NCBI GenBank assembly: GCA_051362555.1
Contig: CM120640.1
Location: forward strand, 48,338,788-48,402,787
Length of the DNA stretch: 64,000 nt
Direction of reading: 5' to 3'
Source: Lingula anatina
Taxonomy: Eukaryota; Animalia; Brachiopoda
Shown: positions 1 to 13,035 of the stretch, in pieces
How positions within the stretch are numbered: position 1 is the first letter of the stretch
Layout of the letters: every line of letters begins with the position of its first letter
Program-made: the position numbers and the translations under genes
The notes under the pieces: model-generated
What the model saw: only the letters and a program-made list of their open reading frames with translations
Told to the model about the DNA's origin: nothing
The model's database searches: none

Positions 1-654
1 ACCACTTCTCGTCAGCAAAAATAAAGTACAAAATTGATTGAAATGACTCACTTCCTGCATTATTGCAGTTATCACATCGTAGTTCATGTCTTAGCTGCAG
101 ATTGTACTGCAAGATATGGAAATTGAACAAAAAACATGTACGTATAAAAACATAAGAAAATGCAACATTCATACATCTTTTCAATTCAGTAAGAATGAAA
201 GACCTCTCTGCTATGCTGGGACCCTATCATTGTTTGAGGAAATAAACAATACACAATACTGGGACAAAGGGAACTTAAATGAACCATCTCATGTAACATA
301 AACAAACATGCACAGGACAAAAACCCTTACCCCATGATGTCTGTTTTCAACTGATTAAATTAACAGGAACAGCTAAGATCAAAGAGAGCAACAAAAAATA
401 TATGCATATTGTTCATTTTTTGTTATTATCTAAAATGTCAAGTTCTTAAAAGAAAGATTATTTTTAAGCACCATGCATGCCACTACCTTGCTGACAAGGG
501 GCTTCCATGTCACAACGGATTTCCTTTTCATTTATGAATAATGACCATTGCTGCCACAATATATGCCTCATGCAAAAGAAAGAAATCAAAACAAGTCACC
601 TGAAGAAGAAAACAATACCCAGTCACACCAGGAGCTAAGTAGTAGAGCTGGAAG

Positions 655-828
655 ATGGATTTTAATACAATAGTTTGCGTAAAGATATACATATATCTAA
701 TTCTCTTTACAGTGTATGGAAGACCTAATCTCTTACCAAGTTTTGACACACCACAGGTCAATGTGACGGTGATAGAAAACAAAGATGCCATGCTCCCATG
801 CTCAGTGAATCATCTTGGAGAGCTCACT
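655..828 (+). CDS. Gene 1 (Lachesin/DIP/IgLON-like) exon 1: signal peptide + N-terminal part of Ig1
   Basis: aagATGG start. Encodes MDFNTIVCVKIYIYLILFTVYG followed by PSFDTPQVNVTVIENKDAMLPCSVNHLGELT (strands A-B, first Cys). GTAAGT donor at 829, phase 0. Confidence 0.85.
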
Positions 829-2530
829 GTAAGTAAAAGGCTTCTTATTTCTAATGTTTATTTTCTTAATATAAAATTAAGATACTGAAACTATTACTTC
901 ATCCTTCCATGAGAATTGCAGCTTGAGTATTTCTTTTGCTAAATAAGTTAAATTAGCAGATATATACAGGTATTTTCTCACACAGGTATGTCCAGTATAT
1001 TGTTACATGTACACCACATGGTATAAAAAAGAATGGAGTAAAAAATGCCTCTATCCAAATTACATCCTAAAACCAAATAAGATTTCATATTCACCACATA
1101 TGGTGTATGAAGAGAAAAAGGATATTCAAGTACCAAATATGAGACTCATAGCTACAATTGTGATAGGAAAAATTTCCAGAAACATGTTTGATTTTTGTAT
1201 AATATAATCTACACACGCATGTACTTTGATAGCACTACATGTACAGAGCTAGCAGTAAGGCTTGTTTGGAAAAGCCATCTTCACAGGAAAAGCTAATGCT
1301 ATATGATGTTTAGTTGTAAGATACTGGATTTGTACATTGGATATTCTTATAGTAATAAAAAAGGAGACATACATGCATAAAAATGACTGTGTAGAGGAAT
1401 GTGCATTTACTCGGAAACATTTATTGATGCACACGGGTACTTACAGCTATACTTCACCACAGACAAATGGCAGGCTGCATTATAAAGCACACCATCAACC
1501 TTCTGATCAATACCACTGAAATGTATGTTCACTTCAGATAAGAATACAACCCTTTAACAACTGTCACACTTCATGCCTATCACCTTAAAATGACCATGTG
1601 TACAGTATGAATCATCTCTAAAACCTACGCAGTCTTGCTATCTAGTACAGGAAGTAAACTAATTTTTTTAATGATCTTATGTAAAATTGATTGAGGTTTT
1701 AATGTCCATCTCCCTTATTACTTGCATGATCAAGCTATTTCACTTTGTGAACTCTGACACATGACTATTTTATAGGTAGAGCAAATTCAATTTGTTTCTC
1801 AGTTTGCCACTTACATGTCTTTTTTTTCAAAAATAATTAATTACCCACCTTGTAAGTCAAATTATTTTAAAACTAGTTGTATATTTCTCATAACTTTTGT
1901 TTAGCTCCATATGTCATTAATTTCCAAAATTAACTGTTGTTATCTAAATTTTGTTAAAAACGTAAAATGATCAGAATATGTCAAGAGGAAAATCACCACA
2001 AAGCATGAAATAAAACTCAAATGCTTAATTATATGTGTTTAAAAATAAAGTAAGTGAACTACTTTTCCTGAATGAAGTTCCAAGTTCCTTCCATCAAAAA
2101 TTGACTTCAACATAAATGTCAAACTGACAATTCAACCTCAAAACATGATATTTGTCCTACGAAATGTCAATTAAAATAGTAAGTGCAGATTTCCTCAGAG
2201 AATGATCAATTGACACTGAAGTCAACCTTGTAAAGACCTTATTCCTATGCACCTTCTCTGCCAATGGCAAATATACTTAGTTTAGAAATGTTCAAGGGCT
2301 ATGACTAAAATATTCAGACTATATGATAATGAAATTCCTAAAAATATTCACTTTTCTTTTTTTTCTGAAAAAACTTCTAAATAAAAACACTACAAGTTTA
2401 GATTTTATCAAAATGACCATTCCACTTTGCAAGATACACATGTAGCACATAATTTAGTTGATTACTAAGCTTTTGTTAGCTGGTCAGGCAATAATGTGAG
2501 TGACTGGCGATAATTCCGAGATTGCTATCT

Positions 2531-3500
2531 CATGGGCGTAACTAGGCATACGCACGGATGCACTGTGCGTACAATTTTTTGGCCAACCATGATATTATTT
2601 TATATAAATTTAGTGTATTTTTCATGGAATATAAAAGAAAATCCTCTGCTTATTAAAGTCACCTGTATACCTGTATACAAATCCTCTGTATCAATTGTAT
2701 AGGCACAATTGTTCTGACTCCCCCCCCCCCCCCCCGTCTTGCAAACTGAGGTAAACAATGCCTATAACCTTAACAAGTCCTATCTTAATCGTCCATCTAA
2801 CTGGAACTTCCTTTACCTCTTAATTGGAGGGTTCAGTGGCCCTCAACTCTTCTGTACCCTCTTTCTTGAGAATATCGAACGCATTCTCGCTGGCAATATT
2901 TATCTCAGGTAAAAATCTGCCTGAGTGTTATTTTAAAGGAGCAGCTCCCGCAACCCTGGGGGCACTAGATAAAATCTGGACACCAGGTTTAAGAAGGAGC
3001 TAGAGAAACAAAGGAAGGATTTTTCCTACAAAGCTTCAAAGAATTTTGACACGGACTTGACCCAGCTTACCCCTCCAAACTAACAGGGTGACATGGGCAA
3101 TTTTTACAAACAAATAATTAAACTTAGATGTATCAGAGCTCTGTCGTGTCGTACAATTGGTTGTTTTTGGGAGCCATGCATCCACATGTAAGGTGAATGA
3201 AACCGTATGTTAGTTCAACTTAGAGGTGGATCCAGGATTAATCGAAGGGGGTTCCACATATGCGAAGCTAGCCTCCTTTTAAATAAATATACCGTTCTGG
3301 GTAATAAGAATATTGAAACTTTTTTAATTGCGAGAATATTTCTGACCAAATGATGATTTTATTATTAATGGAAATTAAGCTGCGATGTGTGGTACATATG
3401 CTGTAATTACGCTGTCCTTCATCTCTTGCGTTAGTCTACATTTTGCTGGGAATTTTAAAAATCTGTGCGTACAATTTTTAAAGGTCTGGTTACGCCCCTG
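2531..3500. mobile_element. Non-autonomous DNA transposon, 970 bp, 5-bp TSD
   Basis: Imperfect TIRs catgggcgtaactag / ctggttacgcccctg. TATCT on both sides. Internal direct repeat ctgtgcgtacaattttt near both ends. More CpG than the flanks. Confidence 0.8.
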
Positions 3501-4447
3501 TATCTTACAAAGTTGCCAAACATGATTCATCCCAGCGACTTAAAATGAACACTAAAGCCTCAAATCACAAAGGTACTTTAAACTTTCTTAAACCTGAAAT
3601 AATCTACCCGAGATTTCCAGTTAACCAAACTAACCCCCCCTTCCAGTTTCCTTCAACTCCCTTTCTCCTCATACCTTCATATGAATCTAAATCAAAGTCA
3701 AATTGAAACAAAAAATTAAAAATTAAATAATGACTTTGTGAGACACTGTTGTCTGGCAGATCCATGCAAAATGAACTTTTAGTTAAATGACAATATCAAT
3801 GATACTGTTTAAGTTAATCTGGACGCAGCCTCAAGGTATATGTAAACAAGCTAGTAACATGTCATTTTAGTGGACAGAACAGTTTTGACCTGAAGAACAG
3901 CCAAACCTAAAGATGCATGCACATAAGTGAAAACTGCAAGCAAATTGATCTACATGTACTGGAATGATCAAAACTCAGTAGAATTCTTGTTCCATGGAGA
4001 GAGTGAGCCTAGCAGTCCATACAATTATTGAGCACCCCTCATCTCAAGTGGGGTCACCTTGCAAATAGTCAGGAAGTGATATGGAAGTTGAAGCAGATGT
4101 TAAAATCAAATTTATGAAGCTGTTCACATCTTCTCAACTAAATCTTTTCCCTATAGTTTAAGTTGGTTAATTAGTCATGATAAAAAGTGACTTTGAAAAC
4201 TTTAAACAAATAGAGTATGATTCAAAACACTGTCAGACATAAAATATTTTACTGCACTTTCACATAACTGTTTAAGAGGTAGATACATGTAATAAAAAAC
4301 AGATTTTTCATACCATCCTTAAATGATTTTGAGAGAAAGAATTTGGTTTTCAATTGTTTATTTTTTATACCTAAGGCCCTGCTTATACAATGGTGCATCA
4401 TCTCCATCCCCCCTTCCTCTCATCTATATTATGTAACCATTTATATT

Positions 4448-4696
4448 AGACCCTGTCAGATCGATCGATCTAGCAGGATCGACCCATCTCCAAGGGGTTT
4501 CTTGCTATAATGCTTTCAGCTTAAGAGGCTCCAATGTCTGGTACACCTACTGAAGCTGTAAGGGGGTAATTAACTACCATTTTAGCAGCTTCAGTAGGTG
4601 TGCCAGACAACTAAGCTGCTTAAGGTGAAAGCAATTTAGCGAGAAACCCCTCCGATATGGATCAATCCTGCTAGATTGATCTAGGTATGGACAGCT
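4448..4696. mobile_element. Fold-back MITE family A, copy 1
   Basis: Whole-length imperfect palindrome (gatcgatctagcaggatc ... gatcaatcctgctagattgatc). Similar copies elsewhere in the window. Ends approximate. Confidence 0.8.
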
Positions 4697-6414
4697 TCAT
4701 TACTACATGTAAGTTAAATTTTCAGTATAAAATAAATCAATTAAAAATTTATTTGAGAAAATTTTATACCACCTTGGATATGAAAAATCAAACGATTGTA
4801 TTGCCTTCCTAAAATAAGCTTTGCAATATCATCGAACATCTCAAATCTATAAATACAGGAAAAACTTATATCACCTGGGGCATGATCATGAGAAATTGAA
4901 TACAGGACATCATGGTCCTAAGATGGATTTCTCTTTTCTACCATAAGTGCATTGCGTAGCCAAGAACAGTTTAATCACCATGGGGAATCTGAATCAAGCA
5001 AGACAAGGATGTCATGAACAATGGAAGTTGATCATTGTCAACTGCCTCCTCCAATCTCAAGTTATTGGGCATTAACAATGACCTTCGTTTATACTTAACA
5101 TCGTTAGATAGTCAGACCCATCCATTAAAAAAAGGCAAAAGTTTATTCAGAATTTAAAATTGTATTGAATAAAATGGGTTGGGGATGTCAGGTATGGGGT
5201 GATGAAATATTTTGGAAATAAATGTCTTTTTAAAGTATATCAATGACATTATTGTCATGCAGACCTGTTTGAAATGAAAATTTTTGCTGAATACAGGGAA
5301 CTTTTTTTATGGAAAAGCGCAAAGTTTCCAATCAAACTGTCAAAGGAAAGATGCAGCACAATTGTCTAACTTCTTAAAGGTTAAAATCTGATTAAAAAAG
5401 TAACCACATTCTGCCAACTTTTTTTACCTTAGGGTATACCGGATGTTTTTGAAGGTTTCAAATGGGATCAGAAAGGTGCCAAAAGTGTGTGTGCATCTTG
5501 AAAGAAAATTTAGTTATTACACTCCATTACATGCATCTCTCACATGAATTGGTCCTCAAACTTAATTACATTTCAGAATAATTATCAGTTCTGGGTTCCT
5601 CTCTTTCTATGTAATTTTTTTTCTTACAAAAGGAAATTAACTTATCAGTACGGGAAAATTCATGGTGGATTTGAACCAAGAAAATTCCAATTTTCAAGAC
5701 ATTTCTGTCTTTTTTTCTTTCTCTTTCTCTTCCTTTCTTTGGCATATAAAAGACTTACCTAACAAGAATGGGAAATTAAGTCTGTGATGATCTGACCTCA
5801 GCAACAAGATCTAAGAGATTGTTTCTCTCTTGGGCTGCTGGTCTCTTTCCATGCACTAGATTATACATGTAGCAGTTGCTTTTTTTAAAGGCACATTAAG
5901 AAGATACCTGGAAGTGTAAATGTATTTCAACTAATAAATTAGAAAATATATAAATCAATAATGTAATCAATTTCATCTGTGGAATTGAAAAAATTAGAAC
6001 AAATTAAAATCAATAAACGCAAAAGTAAAATACCAACCACATGGACGTTAGAGATAATACTTTTACACTAATAGTTAAACTCTAATAGTGCTGGATTTCT
6101 AAATGCACTAAACATACTGAAATATAATCAAAGGAAATAAATAACTGATAATTATTTTCAAAGTAAAATTCAACTCAATTGAGTTAATAATGATTGAACC
6201 TAAGATAATCTGACAATCATGTAACTTTTTCATGTCTTTAAGCATATCTTTTTGTTTTAAAGTAAGTCAATGTAATAATTGCAGGGGTGGGCAGAAGCTG
6301 TCTTCTGGGTTTTCTGGAAGACAGTCAGAATTTTTGAGTTTACATCGATGTGCAACTAACTTACTATATATTGGAAGATGGTCAAAAAGGGAGTATGGAT
6401 CAACAAAGATAATG

Positions 6415-6446
<32 letters not shown>

Positions 6447-6450
6447 ATAG

Positions 6451-6655
6451 GTGCTCTGGCAAGGTCCACAGGGGGAGGTTTTAACCCTGAATGACAGGAG
6501 AGTAATAGACACCCATCGCTTTAGTATTGTGCGGCCTTATTTAAGAGACTGGAATTTACACATTGATGAAGTCAAACTGTCAGACCAGGGAAGTTATACG
6601 TGCTCTATAGGACCCCAACCTGTGCTTGCCAAGGTGGTCAATCTTCATGTAAAAG
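6451..6655 (+). CDS. Gene 1 exon 2: rest of Ig1 (V-like)
   Basis: Pyrimidine tract + tag acceptor. Encodes VLWQ...RFSIVRPYLRDWNLHIDEVKLSDQGSYTC (C-strand Trp, D-x-G-x-Y-x-C). 205 nt, phase 0 to 1, GT at 6656. Confidence 0.93.
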
Positions 6656-7162
6656 GTGGGCATGTAATTAATTTTACTTGAAGTAAACTGTATGGAATCT
6701 ACTCAAGTGAAATATAATTTAACACAACAGATCGATTAATGTATATTTAAAATTTATTTTTACATATTACATACAAATATAGCAGTGATTACAGGAATAA
6801 TTTAGTTTTTATTAAAATATCTAATTATTACATCTTTTAAGTGTAGTTTTGTATAAACCAAGAATGCTTGCTCTTTTCTAGTCAACTTAGTTTTGTCTCA
6901 GCTAACACATTATGATGCACAACCTGATGCAATGTTACACCTGCTGTTGGTTCTGTAGTATACATCTTACGTATACGTATACATAGTGTGCTTTTTACAT
7001 CAGGAATAGAAAATGAGTTATTGATTTATTAGGCATCTTGCTTGGTTGCAGTCCAAATATTGGAACTGATTTGCTTTTTTTTGGGTTCTACAGACTACCA
7101 ATTGTACCGATAAACTAATGCTATTAATCTTGGTCTAATCTGTGATCTTTTTTTGAATCCAG

Positions 7163-7318
7163 TTCCTGCAGAAATAGTGTCAAACAGGTCAAGTCCCACA
7201 TTCCAGAAGGTTAAAGAAGGTGACACAGTCATACTGACCTGCAATGTCACTGGTCAGCCCACACCAAAGGTCAACTGGTACAGAAGAGGGGCCAAAGAGT
7301 CTGATGATAAGAAAGAAA
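7163..7318 (+). CDS. Gene 1 exon 3: first half of Ig2
   Basis: ccag acceptor. Encodes VPAEIV...KEGDTVILTCNVTGQPTPKVNWYRR. GTAAGT donor. 156 nt, phase 1-1. Confidence 0.92.
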
Positions 7319-7928
7319 GTAAGTAAATCATTACAGGTACATAAATTCAAAAGAACATTTGCTGTATCGTTGGGCTTTCCATTTCACTATATAAGTGGCT
7401 CCTTTATAAAAAAAATTGCTTCTGTAATTCATTTTTCCCCGAAGAATGTCATTTTCATAGTCAAGCTGTGCAAGTGCATTTCTAGACCATCTTCGGTCAA
7501 TTGTATTAGTCAGCAAGTATTTTACTCCCTAAAAGCTTTCCAAATCCTCTAAGAAATGTTTTTCAATACCTTACTCAAAACTAGACATTGCATCATAAAA
7601 AACTAATTAGATAAAAGGTGTAATCCATTAGAAAGGTTTCCAATTATGACACATGGGTGGTGAATTAAAATGGCACTACTTTGGAGCAATTGAACTGTCA
7701 ACATCAATGATTCAACATCCATCAGGCAAAGTGGTAAGACGTCTTCACCAGAAGGGTTGCAGCTAAGGCAGAGGGATATATTAACTTAAACAAAGTTTTA
7801 CTTCACTTAAAACAGCACATTGTGATGTGGTGTTTAGAACCTAGTAATAATATCTCTTCGGTGTCAAATGATTGTATCTTTTTTTAACTGCATGCAATGT
7901 TTTAGCATTATTATGTCATATTGCTTAG

Positions 7929-7976
7929 AGGCTACAGGTGATGAGGAAACAGCTGCCCTGTTTCCACTGTGGAAAG
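7929..7976 (+). CDS. Candidate 48-nt cassette exon of gene 1 (Ig2 loop insert)
   Basis: ttgcttag acceptor, AAG|GTAGGC donor, length a multiple of 3. Open in the phase-1 frame: (K)ATGDEETAALFPLWK. Confidence 0.5.
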
Positions 7977-8429
7977 GTAGGCTTGGATTATTAGAACATC
8001 TTTTTACAGAACAGGTTGCGTGCATTAGAAGTAGGTGTAGAAAATGTTAAGAGAGATTAACCCTAGTATATATTAGCTGAATTTTATACAATAGGTACAT
8101 TAGTTTTAACAACAGGTTAATTATTTGTCAGTTATATTTTCTGCTTCTATATTTTGTTTCATTTTTGGTTCTCTCTTTATGCCAATAATATCAATTACTT
8201 TAACTGGAAAAAACATCTACCTTTCAATAAAAAACCTAAATGAAATTTAAATTATAATCTGCTTAAATACGTGTAGCACTGCATGTCTAAATTACATCAG
8301 TTTATTTCATAATCAACAAACTTCTACCAGTGACATCACTTGCCCAATTGCACTCATTTTTAAAAAGAATACTAGTATATTCAAAGACCAAAATCAGCTG
8401 TAGAAAAACTTCCTCATTTTTCAACTGTG

Positions 8430-8500
8430 CAGCATTTTTTCATATTAGATACAATGTGTTTGTATTCAGCATTTTTTCATATTAAATACAATGTGTTTGT
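8430..8500. repeat. Tandem duplication, 37-bp unit x about 2
   Basis: cagcattttttcatatta(g/a)atacaatgtgtttgt occurs twice. Confidence 0.9.
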
Positions 8501-9051
8501 TCTCAAATTATACTCACATAGCTATAAGGTTTGCTTTTTAATAGATAAAAATAGGTGAATAGGATAGCAGCCTTTTTGTTTAATATTTCTGTTTCATCAG
8601 TGTTAATTTCTATTTCATTTAATTACTAGCAGATAAAATTTCCTAATCTGTATTTATTATGTAATAGAGTTTTGTAAAATTTAAGGTTATTTTCAATCAC
8701 CTGTATGTCATGACAGAAGGTTTGTATAATCACAGTGATTGTTGTATCTGCAGGTTTACTGTGAGATTTACATTATAGCTATAAAATAAGGTCAGTTTTT
8801 TGTTCATATTTAAGCCACAAATGCAAGTACAATATATTCTTTTACATATTATCAATTTCAAAAAGAGGTTATCACAACAGGTATCTATCTATCTATCTAT
8901 CTATCTCAATCTGTCAGAACCCTTTGATCAATAGTACAAAATATGTATGTCTAGATGATGATTTGCATCTTGTCTGTTGACGTATAAATGAAATGTAACA
9001 TGCCCACAGAATTTTGATTAATACAATTTTCCATGAGCATCATCTTTGTTG

Positions 9052-9130
<79 letters not shown>
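9052..9130. repeat. (CTA)n microsatellite followed by a poly(A) run
   Basis: Read directly from the sequence. Confidence 0.95.
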
Positions 9131-9132
<2 letters not shown>

Positions 9133-9695
9133 AAGAAAGAATCAGGATGTGTAATTTACATGTTTGCTTTGATACCTATTTTTTATCAATACACAACCTA
9201 TATTTTGGTTAAATTTGAATGTGTAGGTACCAGTATGTACCTAAATCAAGTGACAACATATTTTTAAAACAATTTATATGAAGTAACATATGATAACAGA
9301 AATTTGACAAACAAAAAAGGTGATTAAATTTTCACCACAATGTTTTTCTGAAACTATTTTGCACAGATTTGACTTTTTCTTCCTTTTATTTCTCAAGAGA
9401 ACTGGAGGGGGGGGGGGGGGGGGCATTTACAGCAAACACACAAATCGCAAAGCAAGTTAAATAAACCTCTTAATGGAACTTGTATATACCTAGTGTTGTC
9501 CCACATAGGGCAAAAATATTGTTTTATATGATTCAGAAATATATTTATCATATAAATATGCTAAGCTTTTCATCTAATAAACTGTCTTCCTATTATAGTA
9601 TATAAATCATACTAGCATCGTCAAAGCCTATAGGCATATAGCTATATGCTGATGCTTGCAGCTTTTCTCTAGTTCTTTCCTGTGTCTGTTTGCAG

Positions 9696-9704
9696 GCGAA
9701 GGAG
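9696..9704 (+). CDS. Candidate 9-nt microexon of gene 1 (GCGAAGGAG)
   Basis: Long pyrimidine tract ending tttgcag, GAG|GTAAAG donor. Frame-preserving; changes K to SEGE. Confidence 0.55.
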
Positions 9705-10521
9705 GTAAAGATGATTTCCCAGAGCTTTCCTGGACTGGTACTACTCTTTGCTCTCCCTACTGTCACTGCACACTTGTGTGAAGTGGACTAACAATTGCAA
9801 CGGGGACATATTTTGTAGCTTTTCTCCTATTGTACTTAGTTAAAGAATAGGTTGAAAGCTGTATTTCATAGCACCATGAAAATTAAGATGCTATTTATTT
9901 GTATTCCATCCATTCCAAGATACCTGGAAAACCAATCTTTGAAGCAACCCTGTTACTGCAGAACACCCCATTTTTCTAAAAAAAAAAAAAAAAAAAAAAA
10001 AACTGATGTGTAATAACCAAGTACATTTTGGAGGGGTGGAAGTGGGGGCCTATGTCCTATCACAAATTTTTGTTCAATCTGTCTGTGATCAGTATGTTTA
10101 TGAATAATGCACTGAAAATCCATACATGTGGTGGCCAAGTTTATCACACAAGTGCAGGTTGGGCAGGGATGCCAAGTTGCACTTGTTTATTGCTAAATTT
10201 CACCTAGAACTGATGCAATTGTTAGTTTCTTTCTATTGTCTGCTTAGACATTGTTCGTGTTCTTTCCTTTTCACATTTGCACAAGCACTGGCAGACGCAC
10301 TATATTTATTCACATGTGAAGGTCAGAGATCCTGGTACTTCATCTGTATTGCTTAAACATCTTTGTGTAAAATGATTTGATATGTGCCAGTCAGATCATT
10401 CCCAACTTTTGTGATATTATTTATTGTGGTTCAAAATACAATAGTTATACACAGAATTCTGCACAATGAAAACTTGTCTGTTAAGCTCTCAATAACATAT
10501 TTAACATTAGGAGTGTTAATG

Positions 10522-10617
10522 TGGGCAACTCATAGGCCCGATGGTCTGAAGGGTTCATTAGTCTAAAAACTGGGCAACTCATAGGCCCAATGGTCTGAAG
10601 GGTTCATTAGTCTAAAA
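10522..10617. repeat. Tandem duplication, 49-bp unit x2
   Basis: tgggcaactcataggccc(g/a)atggtctgaagggttcattagtctaaaa occurs twice. Confidence 0.92.
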
Positions 10618-11121
10618 TTCATTGGTCCAAAAAAGCATATTCTATTTACACAATATATCTGAGAAAAAACTGTCCCTGTTCTCTGATAACAATAGCCAAT
10701 GATGAGAACATTGAACCATTCAAACTAAGATGTACCCATTAGATCAAAACCATGGGTGCCAAGGCATTTTCCAAATAAGCAAAGCTGAATATATATCTCT
10801 TATCTGAATAGCACAAGGGTGTGATTTTCATCAAACATGTGCAATATGGAGAGCATACACTTAAATACCTATGGCACTTTCAAATTAGTAACTAAACTTA
10901 GTAACAATTCAATGAGAGAACTATATTTTCATTAAAATGTTTATATTTTTGGGCAAATTTTTTAGAATGGAAAGATGTTCATCATTTGACTTTATGAATA
11001 TGAAAAAAAATATGAAAAAGAAAACAAAACAGCCTTATGTTTCCTCTTCTTTACAAACACCTGTCAACCTGGTCCATTACTATGGAGAAAAAAAAAAAAA
11101 CAGATGAATAGTGCTCATATA

Positions 11122-11763
11122 CAGGCCTACCCAACTACCAGACTCGGCACCTAAGGATCCTGAATTAACCGGTATATCGGACCACACTACCCGTTTTCAA
11201 GGTGTGTGTCAGATCGCATTTCAGAGTATCAGTCAGAACACCGACAGGATGAGCCCACGCTCGTCTGTCACCTTGATTGGATAGTAAACGATTGTCGTAA
11301 AATCGCTATATGATTTTAAAACCGGGTGCATAAATTTGAAAACCACCAAGAACAACCTTAGACTGCCACATTAATCTAATACAATGCAAAAAAGCCCTAT
11401 CAAAAGGTGTTAAAACATTCAAACCGAATGTCGTAAAGTGCCCATATACCCCCATAGAGACAATAAAATAGAGTACTCTAAAGTAAGAGTAAGGTTGTAA
11501 AGTAAGTCAAAGGTTGTTCTAGGTGGTTTTCAAATTTATGCACCTGGTTTTAAAATCATATAGCGATTTTAAGACAATCATTTACTATCCAATCAAGGTG
11601 ACAGTCGAGTGTGGATGAGCCCACAGTCGTCCTACAAAATTTGTTCTGGGGTATGATACTCCGCAATGCGATCTGACACACACCTTGAAAACGGGTAGTG
11701 TGGTGCGATATACCGGTTAATTCGGGATCCTTATGTGCCGAGTCTGGTAGTTGGGTAGGCCTG
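11122..11763. mobile_element. Fold-back MITE family B, long variant (642 bp)
   Basis: Perfect terminal TIR caggcctacccaactaccagactcggcac, arms of about 240 bp, TSD ATATA. Confidence 0.92.
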
Positions 11764-11953
11764 ATATATAAGCACATATTTATTCAACCCAGTTATCTTA
11801 CAAGCACAGAAATTTATTTATTTAAAATGTGATACAGATTTAGGACAGTGAACGAGCACCAAAAGATCTAGGAAAAAGCACAAATTTGTTTTCAGTTATG
11901 CACTATCAATGATCTTTGTTCACTGCTTTGTTGAATTATTTCTTTCCTTCTAG

Positions 11954-11998
11954 CAGCCTCAGTTTCAAGATTATCTACTTCCAGGGGACGCCTCCCTG
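11954..11998 (+). CDS. Candidate 45-nt cassette exon of gene 1 (42 nt with the NAGNAG alternative acceptor)
   Basis: ttctttccttctag(cag) acceptor, CTG|GTATGT donor. Open in the phase-1 frame: (T)ASVSRLSTSRGRLP. Confidence 0.6.
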
Positions 11999-12445
11999 GT
12001 ATGTCTCACATGCCAATTGTTTTCAGTGTTTGACCCGTTTCTTATTCACTGCATGTTTTATAGTTTTTTTTATGTGAGCTCAATTCAGCATAGCCACTTT
12101 GCATTACGTAATGCTTTTCATGTTTTTACACAAATTTCAGTATGCGCTCCACTCACAGGCACTTTACCTTACAGCTATAAAATATTTACTTATAATCGTT
12201 TTTTTTTTTTTTTTTGTAAGACAATGAATAGCACTTTTTTGTTTTGTTTATTGCACTAGTAGAGGTGCTTCAGTCCTCTAAATTGTAAAAGTGTCTTTAC
12301 AGAAAAATAAAGAACATGTATGTATGTGTGGAGGTTATATAATTATATACACATGTAAAACTGTAGCTTTTTACAATGGTGTTGCTAGCTCATGGAATGT
12401 CACTGTTTTTATTCATCATACTGAGTGGAATTTCAAATTATTATT

Positions 12446-12479
<34 letters not shown>

Positions 12480-13035
12480 TCTGTTTACATGTCCAACTTC
12501 ATGTTTTCAATTTTTGAATTTTTATGAAGGTGAAGAAATTAAAATATAAAAGTACCCTTAGCTACTGTACTAGAAAATAATAAATTAAAAACCATATATT
12601 TTTCCAACAGAATTTATTTTCAACATTAAATATGGGTTATTTAATAAACATTTTTAAACTTCTAAATTTCAGGTTTCAGGACTAATTTAAAATGTGGTTG
12701 AGATTTTATTTAAAATTTTTGAGTATGCTGTGTTGGTTATATTCTTCCTTTTATTTGCTATATAGAATCAGATAAACTTATAAACATTTCTTAACTTAAT
12801 AGCATTTATCAATTTCCAGAAAAATGGCATACAAATACCTTAAACCAAACTCATCTAAATGCTTCAGTGATTTAAGCTAAACAAAAAACAAGCAGTTTTG
12901 AGATGCTATTTATTATAAGAAATAAAGATATTTCTATACATGATTTTGAGTCAGATTCACAAATGCCATAGCACAGAATCAGAGCATAAAGAACACCCGT
13001 TTTCTAAAATATTATTTTTCTTTAAAACATTTCAG

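Noticed and set aside
7722-7770. tRNA/SINE A-box-like aggcaaagtggtaagacg
   Set aside because: No B-box or cloverleaf downstream.
9046-9267. Poly-Leu/poly-Lys ORF
   Set aside because: It is the translation of a (CTA)n microsatellite and a poly(A) run.
10522-10617. Repeat arrays as CRISPR-like
   Set aside because: Eukaryotic context, only two units, and no unique spacers.
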